Shown piece by piece: positions 13,980 to 26,600 of a stretch of 64,000 nt of DNA; within the stretch, counting starts at the first letter, position 1; each line of letters opens with the position of its first letter. A program made the translations under genes and the position numbers. The notes beneath the pieces were generated by a model, which ran no database searches, was not told the DNA's origin, and worked only from the letters and a program-made list of their open reading frames with translations. Source of the stretch: Phoronis australis (Eukaryota > Animalia > Phoronida); contig NMRA01000131.1 in assembly GCA_002633005.1 (NCBI GenBank), positions 559,808-623,807 on the forward strand, written 5' to 3'.

Positions 13980-14320
13980 AAACCAAAAAAAATCGTGGCT
14001 AATAGCTATGCGAATTGTTGGAAAATCACACCATTTAAAAATGCACCTTAATCAAAATTTTACAGGTTTGAAAAAAGCAGCTCGGCTGAAGGACAATGAA
14101 ATAATATGAAATCCAGAATTACGTAGGCCAAGTTCCGGTGTCTAGTGTTCATTGTAACCAGGAACGGATGACGTGATCTTTTCATCCTGAAAATTTACCC
14201 TATTCTCTTATTTTGTTTGTCTCTTCAATAGTTTAATGGAATGTAACGGTAGTTCCTTTTAAGCCATTGTTTACTTGCTGTTACTGGCTGTGTGGTGTGT
14301 TCAGTTTAGCTACACGGGGA
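13980..14320. promoter_or_regulatory. Candidate (bidirectional) promoter
   Basis: CpG-rich interval between divergent genes, with ETS-like TTCCGG (about 14133), CAGGAA and CRE-like TGACGTGA (about 14169). Donors point away on both sides (13464 and 13853 on -, TAC|GTAAGA at 14526 on +). Confidence 0.4.
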
Positions 14321-14570
14321 TAATAGCGACCAGCGTCAATAGTGCACCCCGGGTAGCCAATGTCACTAGCCACAGTGAGCATGTCTCCGTCAATAAATTT
14401 GAGTACATAAAAGATACGTAATTGCACGAGACTCTGGTAGGACAGGCGAAACTGCGGACAGTAAAAGTTTTTCGAAGATTTTCACTGCTTGGAACATTCT
14501 CATAGTAATTTAAAAACATCGGTTACGTAAGAGGTAATCAATGCGTCTTAAAGATCTAATATTTTAAACC

Positions 14571-14953
14571 CAGGCCCAGGGTCCAGTCTTTGTAGGTGAA
14601 ATCGAACTCGACATTATTTTTGCCAATTTTCGTCCTGCTTTAAGAAGAATTCAGGCTAGGTGTCTATTATTCTATGCTCGAGTACATTGTGATTTTCGCA
14701 CACGAATACTTTAGTCCAAGTTCGCACTTGCTGACCCCTGTGTATTCGTTCTACAAACTCTGAGAGGAAAAAATCGAAACTCCCAGTGAAAACTTGAAAT
14801 TTCAAGTTCAGTCTCGAACTTATAGCTTTAATGCTGGGGTCATAAAGTGCAAACTAGGATTGAGTTCGAGCACAGAATTATAGAGTTTGTATTAAAGTAG
14901 AACACGTCAATTCGAGTTCGATTTCGAGTACAAAGATTAAGCTCTAGGCCCTG
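14571..14953. mobile_element. MITE family A, second copy
   Basis: Termini caggccc...ggccctg; internal blocks (tattcg..ctacaaactc, ctcgaactta..gctttaat, tcgagcacagaat) match 1591-1997. Confidence 0.75.
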
Positions 14954-17872
14954 GTGTTCACGGCTTTAATTATATTTTCTCCTGACATGGGGTTGATGAC
15001 TGACATTGAGGATGATTACAACAGAACGCATTGCATTATTTGTCGAAGCTAATAATGCAAAGTACGAAATCGGTGAGATTGTATGTCCATCGAGCTACAG
15101 CGCCGTTGCGATGCTTTTTAATTTTAGAATTATCGTTGTTATGGAAATTAAATCAGACCAACTTTGTTTCGGTAATAAAAGCCATTGGCCCGTTATACCA
15201 AAAACTGCATTCATATATCTAAGGCTTCATTTCACCCTGGGCATGCGTATAAAAAAACAAAAATCGAATTAGACCTTTTAAAAGGCGAAATCACCGAGCG
15301 ACTACAGTAAACGTTTCAGCATTTATTGGGTGTTGGTCAACCCTCATAAAATTGTGCCACTGAGTTTCAATTTGGCGCGTTTCCGCAATGCCTGTGACTG
15401 GAGTAGCTAACGGAAATAGAATCTTGTCACAGTAAGGGATATTTTGCAGCCGTAAATTAAATACCTAATTCCATTCCCGTTTTGTAGCCAGTTACATCGG
15501 GCGAATTCCGGCTTCAGACCATAATAACCGAGTTCCCACGAATGTGGCAGGATGTTTCCAGCAATACATGAAGTCAATATGTTTTTTTTCTTTTTTCTCT
15601 AAATTCAGTGGATGTATCGCAAATAAAAAATGAACTGATATTTGTCCGCAATAAAATTGTGACTGAAAGAAAGGAGTTTATTTACATGCTTAGCATACAT
15701 GATTAAACGATTTAATCAATAATAATTACAAATTTTATCCATCCATGTAGCTTGTATTTCCTTCTTGTTGACGACTCCATCTCGCTGGCTGTTTCCCCTG
15801 CATGTGCACTGTAACCCAACAACGATACGGTTTTTTGGTATTGCTGGATTTGCCTCCGGATTTTGCTTGTAGCCGTGGTACTTGTTGACTGTCAAGGAAA
15901 TATTTAGAATGTACTCACTCAGAGTTAGTAAGGTCAAGCCGAAATCGTAAATTTCAAACTGGCGACAGTGAAATTTCTTGTTGGGGCAACTTCGATGAAC
16001 TCGAGTCCGTGTTACTGGGAACGCTGTTGAATTGTCACCCTTTTAAATAAAAGAAAGATTCCATCATAAAACATGAACTTAAACTATGGTTGTCAGAGAG
16101 TGTCGCTGAATGAATGGGACTTCAATACTAAAAACTCTCGAGGCTCAGAGATCGTCACATTTTTTATTCAAACAATGAAAATGCAATTAACGCGTCAAAG
16201 GTGCTAAAAAGGGAGACAATTCCCAACAGTGCTGATCTTGTTCTATTTCGGAATCGATGAGGTTTGCCAGCCGCACAATGCACATTGTTTACAATAAAAC
16301 TTGCGGACTATTTGTTTTGTTTGGCATGTTTGTATAAAGAAATATAGATTCAGTAAACACAAGCCTTGTCTACCCGAGAGGTGCGATTACTAACGGACTG
16401 AAGGTAGAATGGACAGTTTATACCAGGTGAGCTAGTTTCCGAGTTTTAGCGTATTCTCAACTACAGGAATCCAATCCAACGAACGGAAGGTCGGTCGAAG
16501 AGGCTAAAAGGGGGTTGTGAAGTGTTCTGTTGTAAACAGGTGGGAGGCAGGAGTCTCCTGAATTTTGTTTCATTAAACTTGCCTTTAGTCTTACGTCTGA
16601 TTGTTAGCATGATAGTTCAGCATTTGTAAGTAAGTGTAATGTGGCGATTTGCAGCCAGATTTACGGATTATAATTACAAAAGCATTAGGCCTACAAGTGT
16701 CACAAACGTCATACTTTAAAATTCTTTGGAGAAACTGTTAACAGTCAAGGGTATGCTGATAAAAATCTTCAACAAAAATGTCCGTTAACTGGTATGCGTT
16801 ACTGCTAGTAGCAAGATGCCTAAAGTCTTAGTTTCAAGATATGTAGTCATTATCATTAAATATATTTATGTTGCTCAAACACCGCCCACGCGCAGATGTC
16901 TTTGAATATAGTTTATATTGCAGATCCTCACTGGACCGAACCACATCTAGATTTCCAGAAGGCTCGGTTACGGTGGGCCTTAGGCCATTAAATTCAAAAT
17001 CTTTTTCGTCTATTGTCTTGGTATGATTAGCAGAATTTACGTCTTCTATCGCATAGTATTCAAAGTCATAAGTATTCGTGATTGACCCTAGTGTAAACAT
17101 TATGTCAGTCAACAGTTATTCAAATATGACCTGACATTAATGCCTGGTGGACCTAATGAGATAATATATCTGTGAGGCTGTGAAAATTGAATATCTAGTT
17201 GATTCCACCGAACATGAGAGTAAGGGCAAATGACCAATATGTCAGATGAGCCACTTTTTACATCATTATGCTATGACAATAAGCGCCAGGATTGAGTTTT
17301 CTTAAAAACAGTTTTTTTCCGGAAGTCGGAAACCTTCAACAAATAATCTATCGTCCACCTTTATCCAAATACAAACAGATACTAGTGTTTGATTTTCATA
17401 CGAATTCCAATATAGAAGTGAAACAGCAAACTATTTCACCTTAAGCTACCGAGATTTAAATAAATGTTAGCTTGATTTCGAGATCAAGTTCAAGGTTTGT
17501 GGCGCCTGCGTACTCTTCTTGCCTTTGCCTACAATATGCAATTTTTATTTTATGTACTGTGGTAGTACCATCTGAGTGTGTCCCCTAAACAATGACAATG
17601 GTATGTTTGAAAACACCAGAACGTAATATCTTCGCCAATCAATATCGACTTGACACCAAACACATGTGAAATCCCATGTGAAGCCTGTTGATTTGCACTA
17701 GTCTGGCTGTTTTGTTTAAGCTTTTGTAGGAACTGCAGCGTTGACATGAGGTAGCATACGTTGTTTTATTGTATAACCCGTGCTCTGTTTTATGATACCC
17801 GCACTGTAAGGAGTTTGTTACTCTGCTCCTAGCTCTCACTTCAGAAACCGAGAAATGAATAGATATGAATAA

Positions 17873-17893
17873 AGACAGACAGACAGACAGACG
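17873..17893. repeat. (GACA)n microsatellite, likely part of a HINE-like element end
   Basis: agacagacagacagacagacgg read directly. Confidence 0.7.
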
Positions 17894-17927
17894 GCAGGCC
17901 AATTAACACTCGTACTCGTCGATTAAA

Positions 17928-18173
17928 ATGACATATATCCAGACCAGATAATATCAGACCATGTAGAATCAGGTAAAACATTTTAAGATCCGGTAAAAAC
18001 GTTTATTAAAAACATTAACTTTTGAGCCGGCTCTTCATGAGGTTAGTATAAGATAGGCCTTTCGCGACACTTGTCTTTATGTCTGATGAAGAGACGCACC
18101 CATTAGGCTCGAAAGCTAGAGCTTTTTAGTAAGGTCTTTTACCGGATTTTAAAATGTTTTACCTGTTTCTACA
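17928..18173 (-). mobile_element. Penelope-like (PLE) truncated insertion with inverted pLTR fragments and hammerhead-like motifs
   Basis: Flanked by a 12-bp direct repeat TCGTCGATTAAA (17916-17927 and 18174-18185). Inverted arms run 17961-about 18045 and about 18080-18174, with a 33-nt unpaired tail at 17928-17960. Contains CTGATGAAGAG...CTCGAAAGCTA. Confidence 0.65.
18083..18118 (+). ncRNA. Minimal type I hammerhead-ribozyme-like motif (probably degenerate)
   Basis: CUGAUGA-A-[GAG...CUC stem II]-GAAA-GC-UA with a palindromic stem III (AGCU). Stem I pairing is poor. Confidence 0.45.
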
Positions 18174-18523
18174 TCGTCGATTAAAGAAATTCTAACTCGT
18201 CGCATTTATCTCCACAGAGTAACATCAATTTCATTAAATTTCAGTCACATGGTGAAGCGCGATTTCTGAACAGGTTTTGTTTGGGACGTACTGGTCCATC
18301 CACACTGTATGTTGTCCATCTCGTTGAGCTTTAGAAAGAATTTTGAAAGAGATCACAAAAAAATCCACGGGTGCCGGTGCCTCAGAACTCATGAAAAGTT
18401 ATGCAATAGCAAAAAATCAACAGTGCTAACATTTATTCAAAATACATATAACTTATATGAGATAACACCAAGTTATAGATTGTCATTACAAAAACGTCAA
18501 CATTGTTCTTTTTATCTATGCAG

Positions 18524-18769
18524 GTTTGTTCTAAGCAACTAGAGTTTTCATTCATGGGTCTTTCTTTTGGTTGGCGATATTATATAATAAGATTCCCTTT
18601 CACCCACTGAACAATGAATGTCATTGAGAACAGTTGAGCCTTGTCCTGACATGAGCACGTAATCCCTTCTCGTTGGTTGACTATACACAAACTTGGAGGA
18701 CGCGTCGCGTGGAGTGACAGCTGGGATGAATCTCAGGGTATTTCTTGAAAGTTTCATTGTTTAATCCAG
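18524..18769 (+). other. Probable 5' UTR exon of the klarsicht-like gene
   Basis: Polypyrimidine acceptor ttctttttatctatgcag at 18523 and strong donor CAG|GTAAGA at 18769, upstream of the ATG-containing exon. Confidence 0.45.
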
Positions 18770-19975
18770 GTAAGAGCTTGCGTTGCGTAATGATTCAAGA
18801 GTTGGCGAGTAAAAGTATCACAGCTTTCTGTAGATTAGGTCATGTTTCACCTGTTCTCTACTCACCTCCCAATCGAGGTTCACCTAAATAGTACACTTCA
18901 CTACTCACATTACCAAACGCACTAGCACTATGTGGTGGTATCATGATGACATTTGGGTTTAGTTACTTTCCTAATTCAAATTTCGAGACAAATTGTAATT
19001 CGAAAACATTGCCAAGTACGCGATCGTTTAAAAATTCAAACACCCAGCAATTCAACTCCCGTCATCGTGGATTCTATGCTACTATTTTTTAATAGTTGGT
19101 GGCCATAAAAGTCAACCGAACAGTAGTGTTTTTGTATTGTTAAATGACAGATACTTTCCGATTATGGAAGATGGTCATCAGGCAAATCGTCAGAAACAAA
19201 TGACATGAGCGTTACATATAGATGTACTCGTTATCATTGGCAAGTGAGTGGACGACCATTACTGACAGTGTTCACAATTAACCGTGTTAACTGAGCATAT
19301 CCCACTAAGTATGGGGGTATTATTCTTAACACCAATTGACCGATATTGATTGATTTAACCAGTCCAGGTACGTATGATATTAAAGTGCTCACTCATCAAT
19401 ATTTACAATTTCTGAAGATTGACTTCATAGAGGTTGGTATGAATTTTTCAGGTTTAGGTCCGTAAGGAATTGTCGTTATGGCCCAGGGTCATGATCACTC
19501 AATTTTGCTCTTTAATGGATTCTTAATTAAACAAAGTATCGATCGGATCAGGTTTGCTTTTGGTATGATAATGACAGTGCTATAATTGATAATGGTCATA
19601 TTAGTTTATGTCGTAGCCGCATTATTTTACAAAATAAAGTTGCGTAAGCGTATCTTTGCCGACAGTTGCAGTCGAAAACCACACATCTTGTCAGTTAAAC
19701 TGAAGTTAGGCAAGGCAAAATAATTTGATAAAAAGAACATTCCTTTCAACAATTTACACAAAACGTTATAAACAATTGGATTTTAGGAGTTTCTGAGTAG
19801 TAACAGGAATTGAATGTTTTTTTTTTCTTTATCAGTTTTCAAACTTGGAAAGTATTTAGGGCTAAATGTGTGGTCACTGCTGATATTTCTGTGTTGTCGA
19901 GAGACTAGTTACTAGTCTTTGGTTATGAGGTACTGGGAACGGATATCGTTGACTTAGCGGACACTCAATAAGCTA

Positions 19976-20138
19976 TAGACCTTATTCACGCAGTCGCCAT
20001 TTTAGTAGTGAGCGTCTTTTAGGTTTAGAAAACAATGCATTTGAAACATTCTAACGAGGCACGCGAAAAAAAAATCACGCTTTGCGCTGAGATTAAGCGC
20101 AGAATGCATTGTTTTTTAAACCTAAAAAGAGGCTCACT
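19976..20138. mobile_element. Truncated foldback element with TAGACC-type end
   Basis: Inverted repeat agtgagcgtcttttaggtttagaaaacaatgcatt (20007-20041) / aatgcattgttttttaaacctaaaaagaggctcact (20103-20138). Confidence 0.6.
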
Positions 20139-20443
20139 GTAGCAAGAACAGAATAGTTTTTAGAAATGACAGGATTGATGAATGTTTGATTGAAAAACTA
20201 TACTCATATTTGTGCAATTCGACAAAATATAGCCGGAATGAATAGTACTTCATGTTCGATTCATTATTGCGTTGTGTAACTTCCACATGATTTAGCACAC
20301 ATTCCCTGCTTTGTACTAGCTCCCTCTTTAGTGTTCGAGTTTTATATCCACCTTAGCGGATAGAAGCAGATAATTTGGTCCTCATAACAACGAGAATCTT
20401 CTTTATAGCCCTGATCCACCAATTTCCACGTTGACTGAGCACG

Positions 20444-20605
20444 ATGGCAGAAGGTGGGCCCAGCCTGGTGGTGGAAGGAACTCCCAGCATGGTGGCAGAA
20501 GTTCAAAACACCAAACGATGGTTACAAGACCAGATCCAAGTGCTGGACAGATTGCAGACTGACACGGCAGATACTGACCAGAAGAATGCAACTAGATTGT
20601 TCAAG
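20444..20605 (+). CDS. klar: klarsicht-like coding exon 1 (MAEGGPSLVV...NTKRWLQDQIQVLDRL...RLFK)
   Basis: Acceptor tcttctttatag at 20408, good Kozak context ACGATGG, 54 codons, donor AAG|GTATAG in phase 0. Encodes a spectrin helix-A-like segment that the next exon completes. Too short for the ORF track. Confidence 0.7.
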
Positions 20606-23600
20606 GTATAGTAACCAGCGGTGCTGTCGAAAAGCAACCATTAGTTACGGAAGCAGGGTTTGGGATCAGGGTCCTAAACCAGAATCTGTAGTCATTTAAC
20701 AGTGGGTGGGTATACGGTTGTGGGCATCCCTTCAAAATTTCCAGAACTTCTTAGAGATCGATATCTGAAGGTTTGAATCCAGACGCATAAATATGGGTTC
20801 GTCAGAATTGTCTAGAAAATTCCTTGAAAATTCGTCGGTGGTAACTGCGTTTTCAAAGTGGTTTTAGTTCATGTATCCTGAAATGTCATCTCGGGTATTC
20901 TTATGGTTGCTATGAGAACCAAAACAGTAAGAATGGAAGAGTCTTTTCTTAAAAATGAATATGTTACTGTAGACTATATACACCACAGGCGCGCGAAGTT
21001 CACGCAACGGTGAAATAATAAAAAAACATATATAGACGATTCAGTTGCCTGCAGCCGTATAATGCATTTTTAGCTGAAGGTTATTACTGCGCTAATTATA
21101 TTTAAAAAATTAATATGCGTTTGTGGCGATCTCGTATATATGCAAGCGTTCAGCAAAGTTTGTCTATATAGCTTTACATTTTATGCATTGACAGCCCCTA
21201 GCTTTTCGAATGTACGGTATTCACTGAAAAGATTCGTATAAAAATATATAAAGTGTTAACTGAACACAAAACGGCTATAAACCCGAGATGTGTCAAAGAA
21301 ACTAACACTTGATTTACACAACTTGCCACCATAAAACTGGTCACCACTTTCTTCTGACTCAGATGAGACGTGATTTCTTGGTTGAAAAAATAGCAATTAG
21401 TTATTGCTTGAGACAATACTCGTGCTTCGACGCATAAATAACCCGCCGTAACAAAATAACTTGATAACAACAAATGTCCTTTAACTTGGCTATGGAGCAC
21501 TAAATACCAACCTCCTCAGTAACTGTGAGAGTCGAAAAAAGTAAGTTTTTGTGATGGAAGGAACTTTTTATTGCTTTGGTATTGTTTTCTGTCAATTATA
21601 TTTTGTTGTCACGTATTGAGACGGCACACCAGCATTAGGCTGCGTTCCGTAACTACGCAATAATTTCGCAAGTGAAGCTAGTCTCATCGCATGCTACGCT
21701 TCTAGTGCATGGTGATATCTCGCAAAGTTTCGCATAATCTTGAATTTTACAAGTATCTTGGATCTGTGACAAGAAGGCCTGGTCAGTAAAGTGTGTCTGG
21801 TTTGGATGTGAACTTTGACTTACTCGAAAGTTGTCAATAGATTCAAAGTAAGTAAAATGAGAATTGAAAACACCCCGTGGCTCTAGTATGTTTGCCAAGA
21901 AAGAATGATAACCTGGTTGTTCTTTGGATTAGCTGTAGATCCTGCCCACACCATTTTGTTTTCGTTGTCATCAACGTATTCGTTTAATCTTTACGTTAAA
22001 TTTTTTTGTCCTCACTCATAAATTTCGCACTTTTTACCGTCCACACGAATACGCTAACACGACCGAAAATGCAGTATTTTTATATTTTTTATAAGAATTT
22101 CCGTCCACGCAAATACTGAAACGAGTTTTCAAGAACTTGCGTTTTTGCCCCTTCATACGAGTACTACGGTACTTACAGAGAATTCGGCATATTAAAAAAT
22201 CTCTCTTGAAAACATTTTCAAAAAGTTATGTTTTTATTGTCGTTTTCAGGGAATACATGATGACGTCTGGCCGGAAGGCGTGGGTCTACAAATAAATAAG
22301 GGTAGACAAATGTTTTTAAGTGAAATTGCAGTCATGTGGAGAAATTCACTGTCTTCAGGAGTAACCCGTAATTATATCTCTGGACGAGAACTGTCCCTCG
22401 TTCCTGACATAACCCCCACGCTATTGGAAGCCACGTTTCAGTCAATGAAAACATTCGCATCAAGTTTGATTGTTTCTTTAAACAATATGGTGGAATCGCT
22501 TAGAATGCATTGTTTTGAAAATCTATTTAAAGTTGATATTTTTCCGTTGGTGCCAGTCTGGTGGACCCCCGCACATAGGTCATGGGCAAGATCAGCGCAC
22601 AGTCGACTGAAAGTGAGCATTGTCAGTCAACTTATCTCCCCTCCCTGTTTAATGGAATGATCCTACAATGAACAGAGGAAAGCAATCTGCTAGAAGCTGA
22701 TTGGACACGGTTCCAGAACCACCATTGATAGGAAGTTCTTGAACGTTAGCTACGTTCATTCATTCACGTGAAGTTTGGTCAATTTGAAGAAGTTGTCCTA
22801 CCTGTTGAGGTAATTAGTTGAACTTAAGTGTATGCAGTACAAACCTGAATTCTATGATATGGTGTCGCGTGGAATCTAGTGCAAAAAGAAAGAATGTTGA
22901 TTTGCGTTTTTGTGACCGGTGATCTCATTCTCAGCCACAAGTCTACTGGACCGTAGTCAAAAGCCTACCACTTGCACGGCAAATACTTGTTTTATAGACG
23001 TGTTACGTATCTGGCCTACGACGGCCAGTCGAGACTGTGGTACTGTCTACCATCTGCCTAATGGTACAATGGGCCTAGCATAAGAGTACCCACGGTCGAC
23101 ACTTTTCACTCGAATCTAAGACTATGAGAAAATTTACCAATAACCAATCGAGGCTAAAATTTTACAAGCGATCGGCAATAACTCACTTCATTTGACTTAC
23201 AAAAGTCGTCAAAAGTGTGTACCCGTGATCAATACCCCACAACTCAATGTTTACAAAAACACTCCTCTAAAAGTCATTCTGATTTCCTGACAAGTAGTAA
23301 TTTAATTGAATAAAATTGAATTCACTAATGAATGAGTCTTGGATCGTTATGGAAATTGACTTCTGTGCCTTCTGGGTAGAAAACAAGGCACTAGTTGACG
23401 ATGCTGACTATTACGGGACCCCCTAGTAGCATTTTTTCTTTTTCGCGTCTCTATGTTCTAAACTGCTCGTAGGATCTGTATATAATTTGACTGGTGTATA
23501 TCCAGAAATGTGACAATAGATGGTGATGACTTTTAGATGAATTAAGACTACAGTTATCTTTTCCTCTGCCTCTTCAGAATTCCGTGACGGATTTTTCATG

Positions 23601-26600
23601 AAAGTTGGAAAATAGGTTTCTGATAACACTTTCCCATTTTTCGATAGATTAGAGATATATTGTATGTTTTATTGTTTTCGAGGTTTTGGCATGATTTCTC
23701 TCTCTCTATTGGCCAAACCACTCTAAGGATCATTATATGGAAATTGGCATTTATGTTTTGATTGGGACGTCCATGGCTGAGTGACTGATTTTTGAAGAAG
23801 TCTGACTACTATGGTGCCCTCTTGTATCTATTTTTTTCATTCCTTGATGGATGTTCATGAAATAATGCAGCTTGTGTTAAATTATTGTATTTCTGTAGAG
23901 GAGAGTACAACTGGTGTGGATTTTGGGACAAACCCGATCGCTACGAAGTCCCCTAGTGGCAGTTTTGTTTTCTTTGGGTTTGCCTTGATATCTACCAAGT
24001 TCCTTGATGGATGTTTATGAAATTTCGCTAATAAGTTACTATCACTGTCACATCTAGACAACATGACCTGCCCTGTTTCAGATGTATTTGACCTATGATG
24101 CACCCCCCTTGTGACCTTTCAGTTATTTTTGTGTCGTTTGTCATTTGCCTCTCTATGATCAAGGTTGCAGGTGTGTTCCTATTGAGGAAAGCATTTCTGA
24201 CTTACTATGCACCCCCTAAAGACTTTGTAAGTTTTGTAGCATTGCTTTGTTTAGTACAAATGCAGGCAGATTGAGGGGGAGGGTCTAAGGGCGCAGCGGC
24301 AAATCGTGAGGAAATATTGAGCATATTAATTAACCCTAATAATTTACATTATATGGCCGAAACAAGATTTGACAATGTTTGGAGTTTAACTTTGTGTGTG
24401 TGGGGGGGGTCTTAGACCTGATTTCAAGTGTCCGATTCAGACAACTGGTGCAATCGTAATGGTAACTACATGGCTAATTAATGCCACTCTTGGTCTATAT
24501 AAGCGTGATCTCCCAGGCAAACGGCAGTGGTGCTGCGCACTACCATTCTGTTTCTGTCGTCTGCTCCACTGTGCAATGAATAAAATTACTTCATTTTTTC
24601 AAACAAAAAAAACGGAAGCTGAGTGACAACTAAGAAGCAGAAGCTGCTGGTAAGATGTGAATTTTAATGGAGGCCTGAGTGAATCACTCAGAAACTCATA
24701 ATTCTCTCTTTGTCAAATATTAAAGTTAAGACGATTTGCAAAGCAAGCGCGTGTTTAATATCAACATGAAAAATTGAATTTGGTCTTTTAGGCAACTTAA
24801 GACTGTTTTAATCACAACTTTTGCTACAGACTGGTTGAACAGAATACAAAGTGTGAAATAAACATTATGGAAAGAAGCAGGTGGACCATAAACAAGTATG
24901 TCTCTTGGCATGGCGTTGTAGTTGGAAGTGTGGTGGCGCAATGGAAGAGCACGCGCGCTCTGGTCTATAGGTTGTGTGTTCGAAGCCTTGCAGTTTTATG
25001 AATTTCCATTTTTAAATCACTTGGTCAAAGTAGACTCGTCAAGGGCAAAAAGAAAATTTTCCCCATTCAGCGTTATACGCTTTGCGGAATTTCCTACTAG
25101 ACAAAATGTTGCCCCCCCTTATGATGTTCTAGATCTACTTCTGAAATGTTCAAAATTATGGTCATTTCTTATATTTGCAAATGTATGAGTGGTTGCCTCA
25201 CTCTCCTCACTCTATTAGGAACCTCGGTTGCATAATCTTGTTGGCCAAATTGACTTTTGCTCTACAGGACACATAAATAAATTCACCTAGCATACTATAG
25301 TACCCTGACAACAGATGTCCTCCATAGCCTCTCCTGTATGCAGACTGTTTTTGAGCTAACTCTAGATGTTTGAGTTAAGGGTTTCCTCACTGTCACTGGC
25401 TTTGTATCTTCATACGCATACCGCTTTTCAAAAATAGGATTGTAATTGGTCTTTTAGCCTGAACAAGATTAACTTGACAAATAACAGTGAAGTCATTTTG
25501 TAACCCACTGAAGTCATCATCTGCTTGACCTAAGCAGATATGGTAACCATGGTGATTTTCATTATTCTGTATCCTTCACAGTTGATTTGGTGATTGATTA
25601 ACATTCTGTCCTGTGTGTTTGTTCCAGATGAAAGTATTTCTAGACACCAATGCAGGTCCACTGGAGACTTCCTCGTGGCCTGGCTTAAAGTGTTAAGTTT
25701 TGTAATAATTGCATTGAACTGGAACCAAAAATCCAAAATTTCCTAATTTGCTTAATAAATGACTAATTTCCCAAAACCTCGTACTCCATAGGTTTTCAAG
25801 CTCGATGCAGGTAAGCCAAACTCATCATATCAAAATTCAAACTCTGCAGTGACGAGTCAAAACAGGGTGTGAAGAACACTGTTTTCGTACATTTTTGGTG
25901 TTGGAAAATTATATCAAATCCATCTACTCTGGAAATACACACTTTAAGCAATTTTAAACTTTCATATTTAAAAGATTTGTTTAGCTGTTAGACTCAAGCA
26001 TCAAGGTGATAGACCTGAGTATTAGGATGTTTACATCTGTTTCCAAGACTTGCAGTTGTATGTACTTCACGTAAATAGGCCTTTGGCCCACATTACAAAT
26101 AATTTATATAGTATTCAAAGAGTTCAAGATATCTAGACCAATACTAATTTACATCAAGAAACTCGTTTCGACGTTTCTCAATATTAATCAAATATTTAAA
26201 TATTTACCAATTTTCTTAAGTTATTTAAATCAGGGGTCTGAACACTGTTTCATCCACTCTATCGAATATACGTAAAAAGTGTATGCACAAATCAGACTAT
26301 AATTTACATTCAAGAAGAAAGTTTATTTCTGATTCCACCTTCCCGCTATTGCATGAAGTAGTAAATATGGTAATGCTGAGTCAGCTCTGCACAATGTTTC
26401 GTGTTGTATGGCAGTATTTCTCCAAAACTAGTGGCATGTCGGTGTGGGTGTCTTTGCAAAAACACCTGCTATTGAGATTGTATTTTCATTTTATGACTGT
26501 TAACCCTCCAATAAATAGTGTTTGTCAGTTTTTGTTTTCAAAGAATGATGTGTTTTGCATGGCATCACTTTCTTCCTGAATTTTAAATAGGATGAATTAG

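Noticed and set aside
16834-17112. 92-aa - strand ORF (TDIMFTLGSITNTYDFEYY...)
   Set aside because: Non-ATG start, no recognisable domain and no supported splice sites; could be a decayed repeat.
20403-20699. ORF-track proteins on both strands (MGPAWWWK..., MHSSGQ...)
   Set aside because: Shadow frames of the real coding exon 20444-20605.
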